Below, in pieces: positions 1 through 7,333 of a DNA stretch of 41,058 nt. The translations under genes were made by a program, and so were the position numbers. The stretch is from Candidatus Eiseniibacteriota bacterium. GTDB lineage: Bacteria; Eisenbacteria; RBG-16-71-46. The DNA lies in NCBI GenBank assembly GCA_903921835.1, contig CAIXRL010000296.1:1-41058 (forward strand), in the 5' to 3' direction. The notes beneath the pieces were generated by a model. The model searched no databases and was not told the DNA's origin. It was given only the letters and a program-made list of their open reading frames with translations. Each line of letters starts with the position of its first letter. Within the stretch, counting starts at the first letter, position 1.

Positions 1-11
1 AGCCGAATTTC

Positions 12-539
12 GTGCGGATCGAATACACCGGGTCGGACCTCACCGACATCGATACATATGCGCTGAAAGTCGATCAGGACTGGCTGCCCGCGTGGTGGGA
101 TGCCGCGATGGTCGAAGACGTGACGCGCCGGATGCGCGCGCTGTGCGTGGCGTCGATCGTGCGGGAGCATCGCGCGATCCTCTGCGGCGGCGTGTGGGCT
201 GTCGGTGGAGCCGCCGTCGTTGATCGCGTGGTGTCGTCCCGGATCGTATCGGTCGGGGGCTCGGCGACCATCACGGACGTCGGGGGCAGCGCGACCATCA
301 CGGACGTCGGGGGCAGCGCGACCATCAGGGTCGTCGGGGGCAGCGCGACCATCACGAACGTCTGGGGCAGCGCGACCATCAGGGTCGTCGGGGGCAGCGC
401 GACCATCACGGACGTCCGGGGCAGCGCGACCATCAGGGTCGTCGGGGGCAGCGCGACCATCACGGACGTCGGGGGCAGCGCGACCATCAGGGACGATCAC
501 CGCGTGGCCGCCCAGAAGCGGGAAGGCGGTGCGAAGTGA
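12..539 (+). CDS. Hypothetical protein with C-terminal nonapeptide (VGGSATITD-like) tandem repeats; possibly 5'-truncated by the window edge
   Basis: GTG at 12, but the frame stays open back to base 3, so the gene may start upstream. Third-position GC is high. The C-terminal half is 9 in-frame copies of a 9-aa unit. The stop overlaps the next GTG (GTGA at 536-539). Confidence 0.55.
   Translation: MRIEYTGSDLTDIDTYALKVDQDWLPAWWDAAMVEDVTRRMRALCVASIVREHRAILCGGVWAVGGAAVVDRVVSSRIVSVGGSATITDVGGSATITDVGGSATIRVVGGSATITNVWGSATIRVVGGSATITDVRGSATIRVVGGSATITDVGGSATIRDDHRVAAQKREGGAK
252..494. repeat. Nine tandem copies of a 27-nt unit (gtcgggggcagcgcgaccatcacggac and variants)
   Basis: Read directly from the sequence. 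The period is exactly 27 nt (9 codons). Copies differ only at the last 2-3 codons (ITD / IRV / ITN) and at G/W/R in codon 2. Confidence 0.95.
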
Positions 540-602
540 CATTCGAGACCCTCAAGACCACCACGCCGCGCCGTCGAGCGCGCGATCAACAGGAGAGCGA
601 GG

Positions 603-758
603 ATGCCTGGTTACCTCACGTGCGTCGGCGGCGGCCTGCTCCTTATTGGCCTGGCGGCGAACCTGTGGCCGGCCGCGTGGTACGGCCTGGCGCTGTTCGG
701 AGCGGGGAGCCTGTGGGGCTGCCTCTCCCTGGCGCGGGGATCCAGGAGGAGGCCGTGA
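603..758 (+). CDS. Small hydrophobic (two-TM-like) protein, 51 aa, below the ORF-track length cutoff
   Basis: ATG at 603 is preceded by aggaga (about 8 nt upstream). Translation: MPGYLTCVGGGLLLIGLAANLWPAAWYGLALFGAGSLWGCLSLARGSRRRP. Third-position GC is about 85%, against about 65% for the overlapping listed frame (536..988). Confidence 0.45.
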   Translation: MPGYLTCVGGGLLLIGLAANLWPAAWYGLALFGAGSLWGCLSLARGSRRRP

Positions 759-988
759 TCGCACGAATGTTGGCCTGGTTGACGGGCGGCGAATGGGTGT
801 CGCCCGGGCATGTCTCGAGTGCGTGCTGTCGGCGGTGGGAAATGCGCGAGGGGCGGCAGGGCTGGACCGAGGCGCCTCGGTGGCGGACGCCTGCAGAGCT
901 GCGCGACATGCGACGCGAGGGCCGGCGCAGTGGCTTGCGCCTCGCCAGGACGAACGGCGCCACGAGCGCCAGCAGGAGGCTTGTGTGA
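755..988 (+). CDS. Hypothetical W/R-rich protein (77 aa)
   Basis: GTG at 755 overlaps the stop of the 603..758 ORF (GTGA). Its own stop overlaps the next GTG at 985 (GTGA). Third-position GC is high. No recognisable motif. Confidence 0.3.
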   Translation: MIARMLAWLTGGEWVSPGHVSSACCRRWEMREGRQGWTEAPRWRTPAELRDMRREGRRSGLRLARTNGATSASRRLV

Positions 989-2088
989 ACGACGAGACCG
1001 ACATGCTGACCGGCGAGGCTGAGCCGCCCGAAGAAGCGGACAGCGAGGCCGACGAGGGAATCGTGATGGATGGCGACCACGTGAAGGCCACTGTGTGCGA
1101 GGCGCTCGACAGCCTACACGGCCTCTACGTGCGGCGCGAGGACGACGACGACGCCCTGCCCAGCCTGAAGGGGCGCGCGCTGGCGAAGGCGGAGAAGGCG
1201 CTCGCGAAGGTCGGCGAGGAGATCGAAGCGGGCTGGACCTTCGTCTCAATGCGCATCCCGGATGACGCGGCGCTCCTGCGGCTGCGGTCCATCTTCGAGG
1301 CCGTGTTCCACGGCGACGGCGAGAAGACCTTCCCGGCGATGTACGACGAGGCGCTGACGCCTCCGGCCGAGCCCCTGCCCGAGTATCCGCGCTGCGGCTG
1401 CGGCGCCGCCCTGGTCCTGCCGGCAGAGCAGGCCGCGGGGAAGTGCGAAGCCTGCGCGCCCACTCTCAATGTGGAGGCCGGTGTCGCGGCGACAAGTGCC
1501 GACGCGACCACCGACGCACCTGGTGCAGCGCCGGCCTCCGCGCCCATAGACGTGCTGCTGCCGTTTCCACCAGCGCCCGTGCCTCCCTTCGATTTCCATG
1601 CCGCCTTCGTGGACATCGCGAAGAAGACGCGCGGCGTCGAGGCCTACCAGAAGACCTATCAGGAGCTGGCTGACCGGACGAAGGACGCAAAGAAGCAGTG
1701 GGAAGCGGCGGCGTCCAGTCTCACGCTCGCCATCACCGAATACGACCGCAAGGCGCGCGAGTCGGAGGAATACGCCGAGCGGCAGGAAAGGCTCCAGGCC
1801 GCCTACGTCGAGAAGCTCGAGGCGGAGGCCGCAGCCAAGGCGGCGCCGGAGCTGCCGCTCGACCAGTCGAGAGGGAAGGACGCGCAGAGCCGCGCGATGG
1901 CCGACGAGCGCGTGTCGGGTCCGGCGACCAAGAGCGGGCCCCTCCCGGAGGTGGACGCCAGCGCCTACCCGGAGGGGGCCACGCCGCTTCAGGATGCGCT
2001 CCCGACGTGCGGGCTCTGCGAGAACGTGCTGGCGCTCGACACCGAGAAGGACGCCGGGATCTGCGAAGGCTGCTCCGGGAAGGGATAG
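985..2088 (+). CDS. Hypothetical protein with two CxxC...CxxC zinc-ribbon-like motifs flanking a coiled-coil segment
   Basis: This is the C-terminal part of the listed 205..2088 ORF. GTG at 985 is coupled to the upstream stop; ATG at 1003 is an alternative start. Motifs: CGCG..x14..CEAC and CGLC..x15..CEGC. The central part is a K/E/A-rich heptad-like stretch. Confidence 0.55.
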   Translation: MNDETDMLTGEAEPPEEADSEADEGIVMDGDHVKATVCEALDSLHGLYVRREDDDDALPSLKGRALAKAEKALAKVGEEIEAGWTFVSMRIPDDAALLRLRSIFEAVFHGDGEKTFPAMYDEALTPPAEPLPEYPRCGCGAALVLPAEQAAGKCEACAPTLNVEAGVAATSADATTDAPGAAPASAPIDVLLPFPPAPVPPFDFHAAFVDIAKKTRGVEAYQKTYQELADRTKDAKKQWEAAASSLTLAITEYDRKARESEEYAERQERLQAAYVEKLEAEAAAKAAPELPLDQSRGKDAQSRAMADERVSGPATKSGPLPEVDASAYPEGATPLQDALPTCGLCENVLALDTEKDAGICEGCSGKG

Positions 2089-2115
2089 GGCGCCATGCGG
2101 AGCGAGACCGGGGTG

Positions 2116-2203
2116 GTCGGGGTAGCTCAATCGGTAGAGCAGACGCGCAGGAGGATTCGCCGATTGCGGGTCACTGATGCTGGCTCGACACCAGCCCCCG
2201 GCC
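2116..2203 (+). ncRNA. tRNA-like element: canonical acceptor stem, D-arm and T-arm, but an expanded, non-canonical anticodon region
   Basis: Acceptor GTCGGGG (2116-2122) pairs with CCCCGGC (2196-2202), including one G-U pair. T8 and A9 are present. D-arm is GCTC-AATCGGTA-GAGC. T-arm is GCTGG-CTCGACA-CCAGC. There are 37 nt between position 26 and the T-stem where about 22 are expected, and I could not fold a 5-bp stem with a 7-nt loop there. Confidence 0.5.
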
Positions 2204-2475
2204 ACCCCTCGTGATGGATGCGGGCCGAAACGAGTAAGCGCCTCACGGCCATCGGAGTAGGCCCACTCACAGGCGGAATCAGGCTGCGGCGTGGCGAGTT
2301 GACACGCGGGAAGGGCGGAAACAAGCGCCCCTGGAAGTTCCGGGCATCAGCACAATCTGCGCCTTGTGGGTCCGGCAGTTGGGTCACGCCAACTGGGCGC
2401 GGCCCAGGGAGAAGCGAGAAGCGCACTGATGCCATAGCCAGGACGTGCGGACACTGGCCAGCCTGAGCGTAGGAC

Positions 2476-3609
2476 ATGACAGACCAGTCAGTAGGAGGAA
2501 CCGTGGCAGACCAACAGATCGACACCGCCCTCGCGCCGGCACAGCCCAGCACGATGGCTCCGCGCAACGAGGTGCTCATGGGGTCGTCGCCGACGACCCT
2601 CGACCAGGCAATCGCGCTCGCCACCGTGATGGCGAAGAGCACCCTGGTCCCGAAGGATTTTCAGAACCAGCCGGCGAACATCGTCATCGCCGTGCAGCTC
2701 GGGGCCGAGCTCGGGCTCGCGCCGATGCAGAGCCTGCAGTCGATCGCCGTCATCAACGGCCGGCCCTCGGTGTGGGGCGACGGGCTGCTCGGCCTGGTCA
2801 TGCGCTCCGGGCTCCTCGAGGACATCAACGAGCCGGAGGTCGGCGACGACATGGTCGCGACCTGCACCGTGCTGCGCAAGGGCTGGAGTCATCCGGTCAC
2901 GCGCGCGTTCACGAAGAAGGACGCCGAGAAGGCGGGCCTGTGGGGCAAGGCCGGGCCCTGGCAGACGTACCCGAGGCGCATGCTGCAGATGCGCGCCAGG
3001 ACGTTTGCCTTGCGCGACGTGTTTGCCGACGTACTCCGTGGTCTCACGTCGATCGAAGAAGCGAGCGACATCCAGGTCCCGTTCGACGAAGTGACGGGCG
3101 AGATCCTCCCTCGTACGGCCGTTCAGGCCAGAGTCATCGAAATGCCGCGGGCCAAGGGCGAGGCGAAGCCGGCCGCGGTGGAGACGTCGAGCGCCTCGCC
3201 TGCTGCGCCCCCGACCCCCGCGGCCGCCCCACGCCCGGCCGCCCCTGCCGCTACGACGCCGGCTCCTGCCCAGACGCACGGAGGCTCCGCGCCATCGGCC
3301 CATGTCTCCAGCCAGGCGCCACAGGCCGCGCCCTCCGCGCCTGCCGCTGCGCTGCAGGCGGGGACGCACGTCATCAAGAGCGTCGTCGAGCGGAAGTCGG
3401 CGTCCGGACGGGTCTACTACCTCGTGACCACGCAGGCCGGCCTGGTGGCCCACACCTGGTCGTCCACGGTCGCCGGTGAAGCGGGCCAGGCGAAGACGGA
3501 CGGCTGCCCGGTGCGCCTGGTTGGGAAAGACACGACGTTTGCGTCGGCCCCGCTGCAGATTACGAAGGTCGAGCGCGCCGAGCGTGAACCGGGCGATGAG
3601 GCGTTCTGA
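2476..3609 (+). CDS. recT: RecT-family single-strand annealing recombinase with a P/A-rich linker and an extra C-terminal domain
   Basis: The N-terminal ~200 aa show RecT hallmarks (LVPKDFQNQPANIVIAVQLGAELGLAPMQSLQSIAVINGRPSVWGD...KAGPWQTYPRRMLQMRARTFALRD). This is followed by about 90 aa of PA-rich low complexity and a ~90-aa C-terminal domain. Confidence 0.85.
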   Translation: MTDQSVGGTVADQQIDTALAPAQPSTMAPRNEVLMGSSPTTLDQAIALATVMAKSTLVPKDFQNQPANIVIAVQLGAELGLAPMQSLQSIAVINGRPSVWGDGLLGLVMRSGLLEDINEPEVGDDMVATCTVLRKGWSHPVTRAFTKKDAEKAGLWGKAGPWQTYPRRMLQMRARTFALRDVFADVLRGLTSIEEASDIQVPFDEVTGEILPRTAVQARVIEMPRAKGEAKPAAVETSSASPAAPPTPAAAPRPAAPAATTPAPAQTHGGSAPSAHVSSQAPQAAPSAPAAALQAGTHVIKSVVERKSASGRVYYLVTTQAGLVAHTWSSTVAGEAGQAKTDGCPVRLVGKDTTFASAPLQITKVERAEREPGDEAF

Positions 3610-3610
3610 C

Positions 3611-3868
3611 ATGGCCCGCGACCGCAAATACCACGTGAAGGTCCGCACGCACGGCGAGCCCTGGCAGACCACCTGGTCGGGACCTGGCGAGGCCGTGGCG
3701 ACGGAGGCGGCGCGTGCGCTGTTTCGCGAGACGCGCGCCGCCTGGGATAGCGAGAGTGGGATCGTGACGGCTCGGGTCACACTGCCCGTCCATCCGTATG
3801 TGCGCGTGGTCTGCGGTGGGGTGAACGTGCTCGACCTCGGGCCGAAAGACCGAAAGCGCGCGTCATGA
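3611..3868 (+). CDS. Hypothetical protein (85 aa)
   Basis: ATG at 3611, 2 nt after the RecT stop. It is the in-frame C-terminal part of listed ORF 3476..3868. Confidence 0.5.
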   Translation: MARDRKYHVKVRTHGEPWQTTWSGPGEAVATEAARALFRETRAAWDSESGIVTARVTLPVHPYVRVVCGGVNVLDLGPKDRKRAS

Positions 3869-3987
3869 GGACCGCGCGATCACTCGCCGCCCTCGTCCTC
3901 GGCGTGACGGTCGTCCTGCCGCTGCTGCTCGTGGCGCGCTGGGTACTCCGCCCGCAGGTCGAGCGTCGGCCGATGCGCTGGAGGTGA
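3865..3987 (+). CDS. Small single-TM protein (40 aa), below the ORF-track cutoff
   Basis: ATGA overlap with the upstream stop. Translation: MRTARSLAALVLGVTVVLPLLLVARWVLRPQVERRPMRWR. The stop lies 4 nt before the next ATG (3992). Confidence 0.35.
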   Translation: MRTARSLAALVLGVTVVLPLLLVARWVLRPQVERRPMRWR

Positions 3988-3991
3988 CGCC

Positions 3992-4315
3992 ATGACGCAG
4001 GCGCACTTGCCGTTCGGCGGAAAGTCGGCGACCGCTCGCGCCTGCTCCATGAAGGCGGCAAACGATGCGGCCAGGACGCGCGGCGTGAAGTCCGCCCTGG
4101 TCTTGCGCATGCTCGCCGAATCCGGCGCCAGAGGCCTCACTCGGCACGACCTCGAGGCCATCACCGGCTACCGCACATCGTCGTTGTGTTCCATCGTCGA
4201 TACCCTCGTAAGCGCGGCGTTCGTCGCCGAACACGGCTCGCGTCCGTCCGGGCCGTGGATGAAGGACTGCACGATCTACGTCCGCACCAGACACCAGGAA
4301 GGCAGGGTCGCGTGA
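3992..4315 (+). CDS. Putative winged-helix DNA-binding protein
   Basis: The segment ALVLRMLAESGARGLTRHDLEAITGYRTSSLCSIVDTLVSAAFV resembles a MarR/wHTH recognition region. This is a motif-level call only. Confidence 0.5.
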   Translation: MTQAHLPFGGKSATARACSMKAANDAARTRGVKSALVLRMLAESGARGLTRHDLEAITGYRTSSLCSIVDTLVSAAFVAEHGSRPSGPWMKDCTIYVRTRHQEGRVA

Positions 4316-4554
4316 ACACGCAGCCTCGGACGATCCGCATCTTCGAGAACGGCGCCGGCACGCGCAAGCGCGGGCCCGGCGTCTGCCGGTCATGTGGTAC
4401 GCGCATCTTCTGGTGCGAGACCGCCAACGGGAAGCCGATCGCGTTTGACGAGGTGCCAGAAGTCATCACGACGGATGGGCGCCTCGAAACCGTGTCCACT
4501 GAAGGTGTTCACTTCTCGACGTGTCCGCAGGCTCGCGAGTGGAGCCGGAAGTGA
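4312..4554 (+). CDS. Small zinc-ribbon-like protein (80 aa)
   Basis: GTGA overlap at 4312-4315. Motif: CRSCGTRIFWC...HFSTCP. Confidence 0.55.
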   Translation: MNTQPRTIRIFENGAGTRKRGPGVCRSCGTRIFWCETANGKPIAFDEVPEVITTDGRLETVSTEGVHFSTCPQAREWSRK

Positions 4555-4766
4555 CACCGCTTCCTCGCCCCGGGCATCCGCACTGGCGCGTGCAGACCAA
4601 AGAGACGCCGTCGGCCTCAGCCTGGACGACGCGCCAGCATCGCGCCGTGGAACCGCCAGAGCCGTTCTACGGGGTGTCGGGCCATGCCTGGTCAGCTCTC
4701 GCGTTGGCCGTGGCCGTGGCGGACCAGGCGGAGTGTTCGGACGACGAGGGCTTGAGGGGGACGTAA
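4551..4766 (+). CDS. Hypothetical protein (71 aa)
   Basis: GTGA overlap at 4551-4554 and TAATG overlap at its 3' end. No motif recognised. Confidence 0.35.
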   Translation: MTPLPRPGHPHWRVQTKETPSASAWTTRQHRAVEPPEPFYGVSGHAWSALALAVAVADQAECSDDEGLRGT

Positions 4767-5065
4767 TGGCTGAGGTGACGGAGCAAGATCGGCAGTGGGC
4801 AAGAAGCCTGCTGACATACGTGAGACCGGAAGCAGCAATCGCGGACGCCCTTGCCGCATCCCGCGCCGAGCGGGACGGTCTGGACGGTCTTTTGGCCCTG
4901 CTGGCACGGTGCGTGCCTGCCGTCAATGGGGACATAGGGGAGTGGCAGAAAATCGTGGATGACCCTCCGGTCTCGGCGGCTGGTCCTGCGGTGGCTCGAC
5001 AGCGGATCGCGGAAGGGAAGGCGCTGCTGGCCGACATCGACCGGGCGCTGGGAGGGAAGAAATGA
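4766..5065 (+). CDS. Hypothetical protein (99 aa)
   Basis: ATG at 4766 (TAATG junction). It is the in-frame tail of listed ORF 4394..5065, whose N-terminal part is R/S-rich shadow-like sequence. Confidence 0.5.
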   Translation: MAEVTEQDRQWARSLLTYVRPEAAIADALAASRAERDGLDGLLALLARCVPAVNGDIGEWQKIVDDPPVSAAGPAVARQRIAEGKALLADIDRALGGKK

Positions 5066-5472
5066 CTAGCCGCGCTGACTGTGGATGTGTCTACGACATG
5101 GGCGTGCGCATGGTGCCGTGCCCGACCCACATCTCGGAGCATCGAGGGAATATCTGCCAGACTACCTGCCTGGACTGCGCCACACGACAGGCCGAGATCG
5201 AACGACTGACCGCTAAACTGGTCGCAGCGGTGGCCACAATCGAGGACTACAAGTCGGCTGGTCAGACAGTGCGCGATGACTGCGCCCAAGAGGCACTCGC
5301 GGAAGCGCAGGTCTGCGGCTGCGGACAGCGCATCGCGGAACGCATCAGGACGGTCAAGGGCAAGGGCTTCAGCGTCGCCAACGCGTGCCCGAGATGCCGA
5401 GGATGGCTGCCATGTGGCTGCGGCTACTACCCAGCCGCGCCGAGCCTGCAGGACCAGCCCGATGCCGAATAG
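5062..5472 (+). CDS. Cysteine-rich hypothetical protein (136 aa, 14 Cys)
   Basis: ATGA overlap at 5062-5065. Multiple CxC/CxxC pairs are present (CGC, CPTH, CLDC, CGCG, CPRC, CGCG). Confidence 0.55.
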   Translation: MTSRADCGCVYDMGVRMVPCPTHISEHRGNICQTTCLDCATRQAEIERLTAKLVAAVATIEDYKSAGQTVRDDCAQEALAEAQVCGCGQRIAERIRTVKGKGFSVANACPRCRGWLPCGCGYYPAAPSLQDQPDAE

Positions 5473-5662
5473 CCGCCACGTCACGCGCCACGCCAGGCAC
5501 GCGCCGCTCAGCGTCTGCTCAGGCAGCGGGCAGACCGCGCCGCACGAGACCATGTGCTACACCGCGCAGCACTGTCCGCTGTGTGACGCCCTGGCGCGCG
5601 TGCGGGAGCTCCAGGTCGGGCAGGGGCGACGGTGCGAGGCGTGCCGGAAGAAGGACGCATGA
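5462..5662 (+). CDS. Small zinc-ribbon-like protein (66 aa; alternative start 5552 gives 36 aa)
   Basis: CPLC...x16...CEAC motif. The stop overlaps the ATG of the next gene (ATGA at 5659-5662). The start is uncertain. Confidence 0.35.
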   Translation: MPNSRHVTRHARHAPLSVCSGSGQTAPHETMCYTAQHCPLCDALARVRELQVGQGRRCEACRKKDA

Positions 5663-6285
5663 CGATCTCGTTCGACGTCGCGACGCACACCTACCGCGAC
5701 GAGTCCGGTAGACGCCTGCCGTCTGTGACGCAGATTCTCGGCGCCGTCCCGCCCTGGCTCGGCCGCTTCGATCTGGTCCCAGCGGACACCCTGGAATACA
5801 AGCGCCAACTCGGGACCGCCGTCCACCACGCGACCGCGCTGCACGACCAGGGCGTCCTCGATTACGACACGCTGGATGACGCGATCCGGCCGTACCTCGA
5901 CGCCTGGTGCCTCTATCGCGCCGAAACAGGCTTCGTCCCGACCGTCATCGAGCAGATCGTGCATCACCCGACACTCGGCTATTGCGGCACCCTGGACCGC
6001 ATCGGGCGGACACCAACCGCGGTGGTGCTCTTGGACGTGAAATCGGCCGACCCGTCCAGCGGCTACCTATCTGGCCCACAGACGGCGGCCTATCTCTGCG
6101 CCTATCTCGCCTGTACGCCCAATCACGGCCTCCCGGCGCGCGTCCAGCGCTGCTCCGTCCACCTGGCCGGCGATGGGCGCTACCGCATCGTCCCTCATAC
6201 GAACCGGCGCGACCTCGACGTGTTCAAGGCCGCGCTCGAACTGTGGAACTTCTCATCCCCTGAACGGAGGATCTCTCGTGCCTGA
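5659..6285 (+). CDS. PD-(D/E)XK (RecB/Cas4-like, YqaJ-type) phage exonuclease
   Basis: Motifs: HTYRDESGRRLPSVTQIL at the N-terminus, GTLD...VVLLDVKS (the D...D-x-K core) and QTAAY near the C-terminus. It sits in the same module as RecT. Confidence 0.75.
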   Translation: MTISFDVATHTYRDESGRRLPSVTQILGAVPPWLGRFDLVPADTLEYKRQLGTAVHHATALHDQGVLDYDTLDDAIRPYLDAWCLYRAETGFVPTVIEQIVHHPTLGYCGTLDRIGRTPTAVVLLDVKSADPSSGYLSGPQTAAYLCAYLACTPNHGLPARVQRCSVHLAGDGRYRIVPHTNRRDLDVFKAALELWNFSSPERRISRA

Positions 6286-7327
6286 TTTTCAGACCATGCA
6301 GACCTTGGCGCGCTCGATGGCGCACTCAATGGGCGTCGTCCTGGAGGACGGCCCGCCCGAACCCAGCCACGATGGCCCCGAGATGCCGCCCGAGCCAGAC
6401 GAGGACATCCCCGAGGAGCCGCCACAGGAGGCGCAGGAGGCCCGCGTCCTGGTGCCCGATGAAGTGCTCGACCCCGAGGCACTGATTCCTACCGCGCTCA
6501 TCGTGGCGAAGCTGGAGGGCATCACGGCGGCGGACGTCGCGAAGTCGGTCATGCTCGCCGAACGCGCGATCCGCGTCGGCCTCATCACCACGGACGCCCA
6601 GCAGACGGACCTCGACGAGCTGCGCGACGCGCTCAAGGCGCACCAAGCCGACATTGAGGCACGCCTCACCCCATACTGCGACGTTGCTTACAAGCTGCAC
6701 AAGGCCCTGACTGGCCTGCGCGCATCGGCGCTCGGGAGGGTGCCGGACGCCGTGAAGCACGCCGGGAACGTCCTGGCGGTCTACATGCGCCAGAAGGCGG
6801 AGGCGGAAGCCGCACGGCAACGGGCCGAACGCGCGAAGGCGCTCGCGGAAGAACGGGCACGTTTGAAGGCGGAAGCGGACGCGGCAGAACTCGAGCGCCA
6901 GCGTCTGGCCGTCGAAGCCGAGCAGGCGCGCCAGGTGGGCGACGAGGACACGGCACAGGCGCTCCTTGCCCAGGCAGACATCGAAGCGACGACCGCCGCA
7001 CAGGCGCGCCAGGAGGCCATCTACGCGACCGCGCCGGCCGTCGCCGCCCAGGACATCATGAAGCCTGACGGCGCATCCGCGGCTGACGCCTGGCAGGCCC
7101 TCCCGGCGCACGCCGAAGACCGGGACGACATGCCGCTGGCGGACAAAACGGCGCTCATCATCTTCGTCGGCGAGCGTCTCTCAGCCAACGATGGGAGCTT
7201 CATTCACCTCCTGTCGGTGGACTGGAAGGCGGCGAAAGCGTTGGCGAAAGCGCAGAAGAGCACGATGCGCGTACCGGGGCTGCGCGCTGTGAATCCGCCC
7301 ACCTATCGCAAAACGACAAGGGGATAG
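6278..7327 (+). CDS. Coiled-coil protein of unknown function (possible recombination accessory protein)
   Basis: GTG at 6278 follows ggagga (ATG at 6296 is an alternative start). It has an acidic N-terminus and a long A/E/R-rich coiled coil. I cannot assign a family without a search. Confidence 0.6.
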   Translation: MPDFQTMQTLARSMAHSMGVVLEDGPPEPSHDGPEMPPEPDEDIPEEPPQEAQEARVLVPDEVLDPEALIPTALIVAKLEGITAADVAKSVMLAERAIRVGLITTDAQQTDLDELRDALKAHQADIEARLTPYCDVAYKLHKALTGLRASALGRVPDAVKHAGNVLAVYMRQKAEAEAARQRAERAKALAEERARLKAEADAAELERQRLAVEAEQARQVGDEDTAQALLAQADIEATTAAQARQEAIYATAPAVAAQDIMKPDGASAADAWQALPAHAEDRDDMPLADKTALIIFVGERLSANDGSFIHLLSVDWKAAKALAKAQKSTMRVPGLRAVNPPTYRKTTRG

Positions 7328-7333
7328 CGAGCC

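Noticed and set aside
252-494. Possible CRISPR array (regular short repeats).
   Set aside because: The units are directly abutting with no spacers. The period is exactly 9 codons, and the units lie in frame within a high-GC3 ORF. It is a coding tandem repeat, not a CRISPR array.
205-984. The N-terminal 260 aa of the listed 627-aa ORF (205-2088).
   Set aside because: This part reads through the 27-nt repeat in an alternative frame (ARPSRTSGA repeats) and through R/G/A-rich junk. It competes with better-supported frames (12-539 and 603-758). Only the part from 985/1003 onward looks protein-like.
2273-2281. GCGGAATCA in the non-coding gap, resembling the GCGGAATCC iteron-like motif at 7714-7812.
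   Set aside because: A single 8/9-nt match is expected by chance about once in a 41-kb two-stranded search. There is no phasing or second copy nearby.
2299-2327. A perfect TTGACA -35 hexamer at 2299-2304, considered as an early promoter for recT.
   Set aside because: The sequence 17 bp downstream (CAAGCG) is a poor -10 element, so no promoter call is justified from sequence alone.
2376-2395. A 7-bp hairpin, CAGTTGG-gtcacg-CCAACTG, upstream of recT, considered as a terminator.
   Set aside because: No T-tract follows, and the stem is short for this GC content. At most it is a protein-binding palindrome, and the evidence is insufficient to call it.
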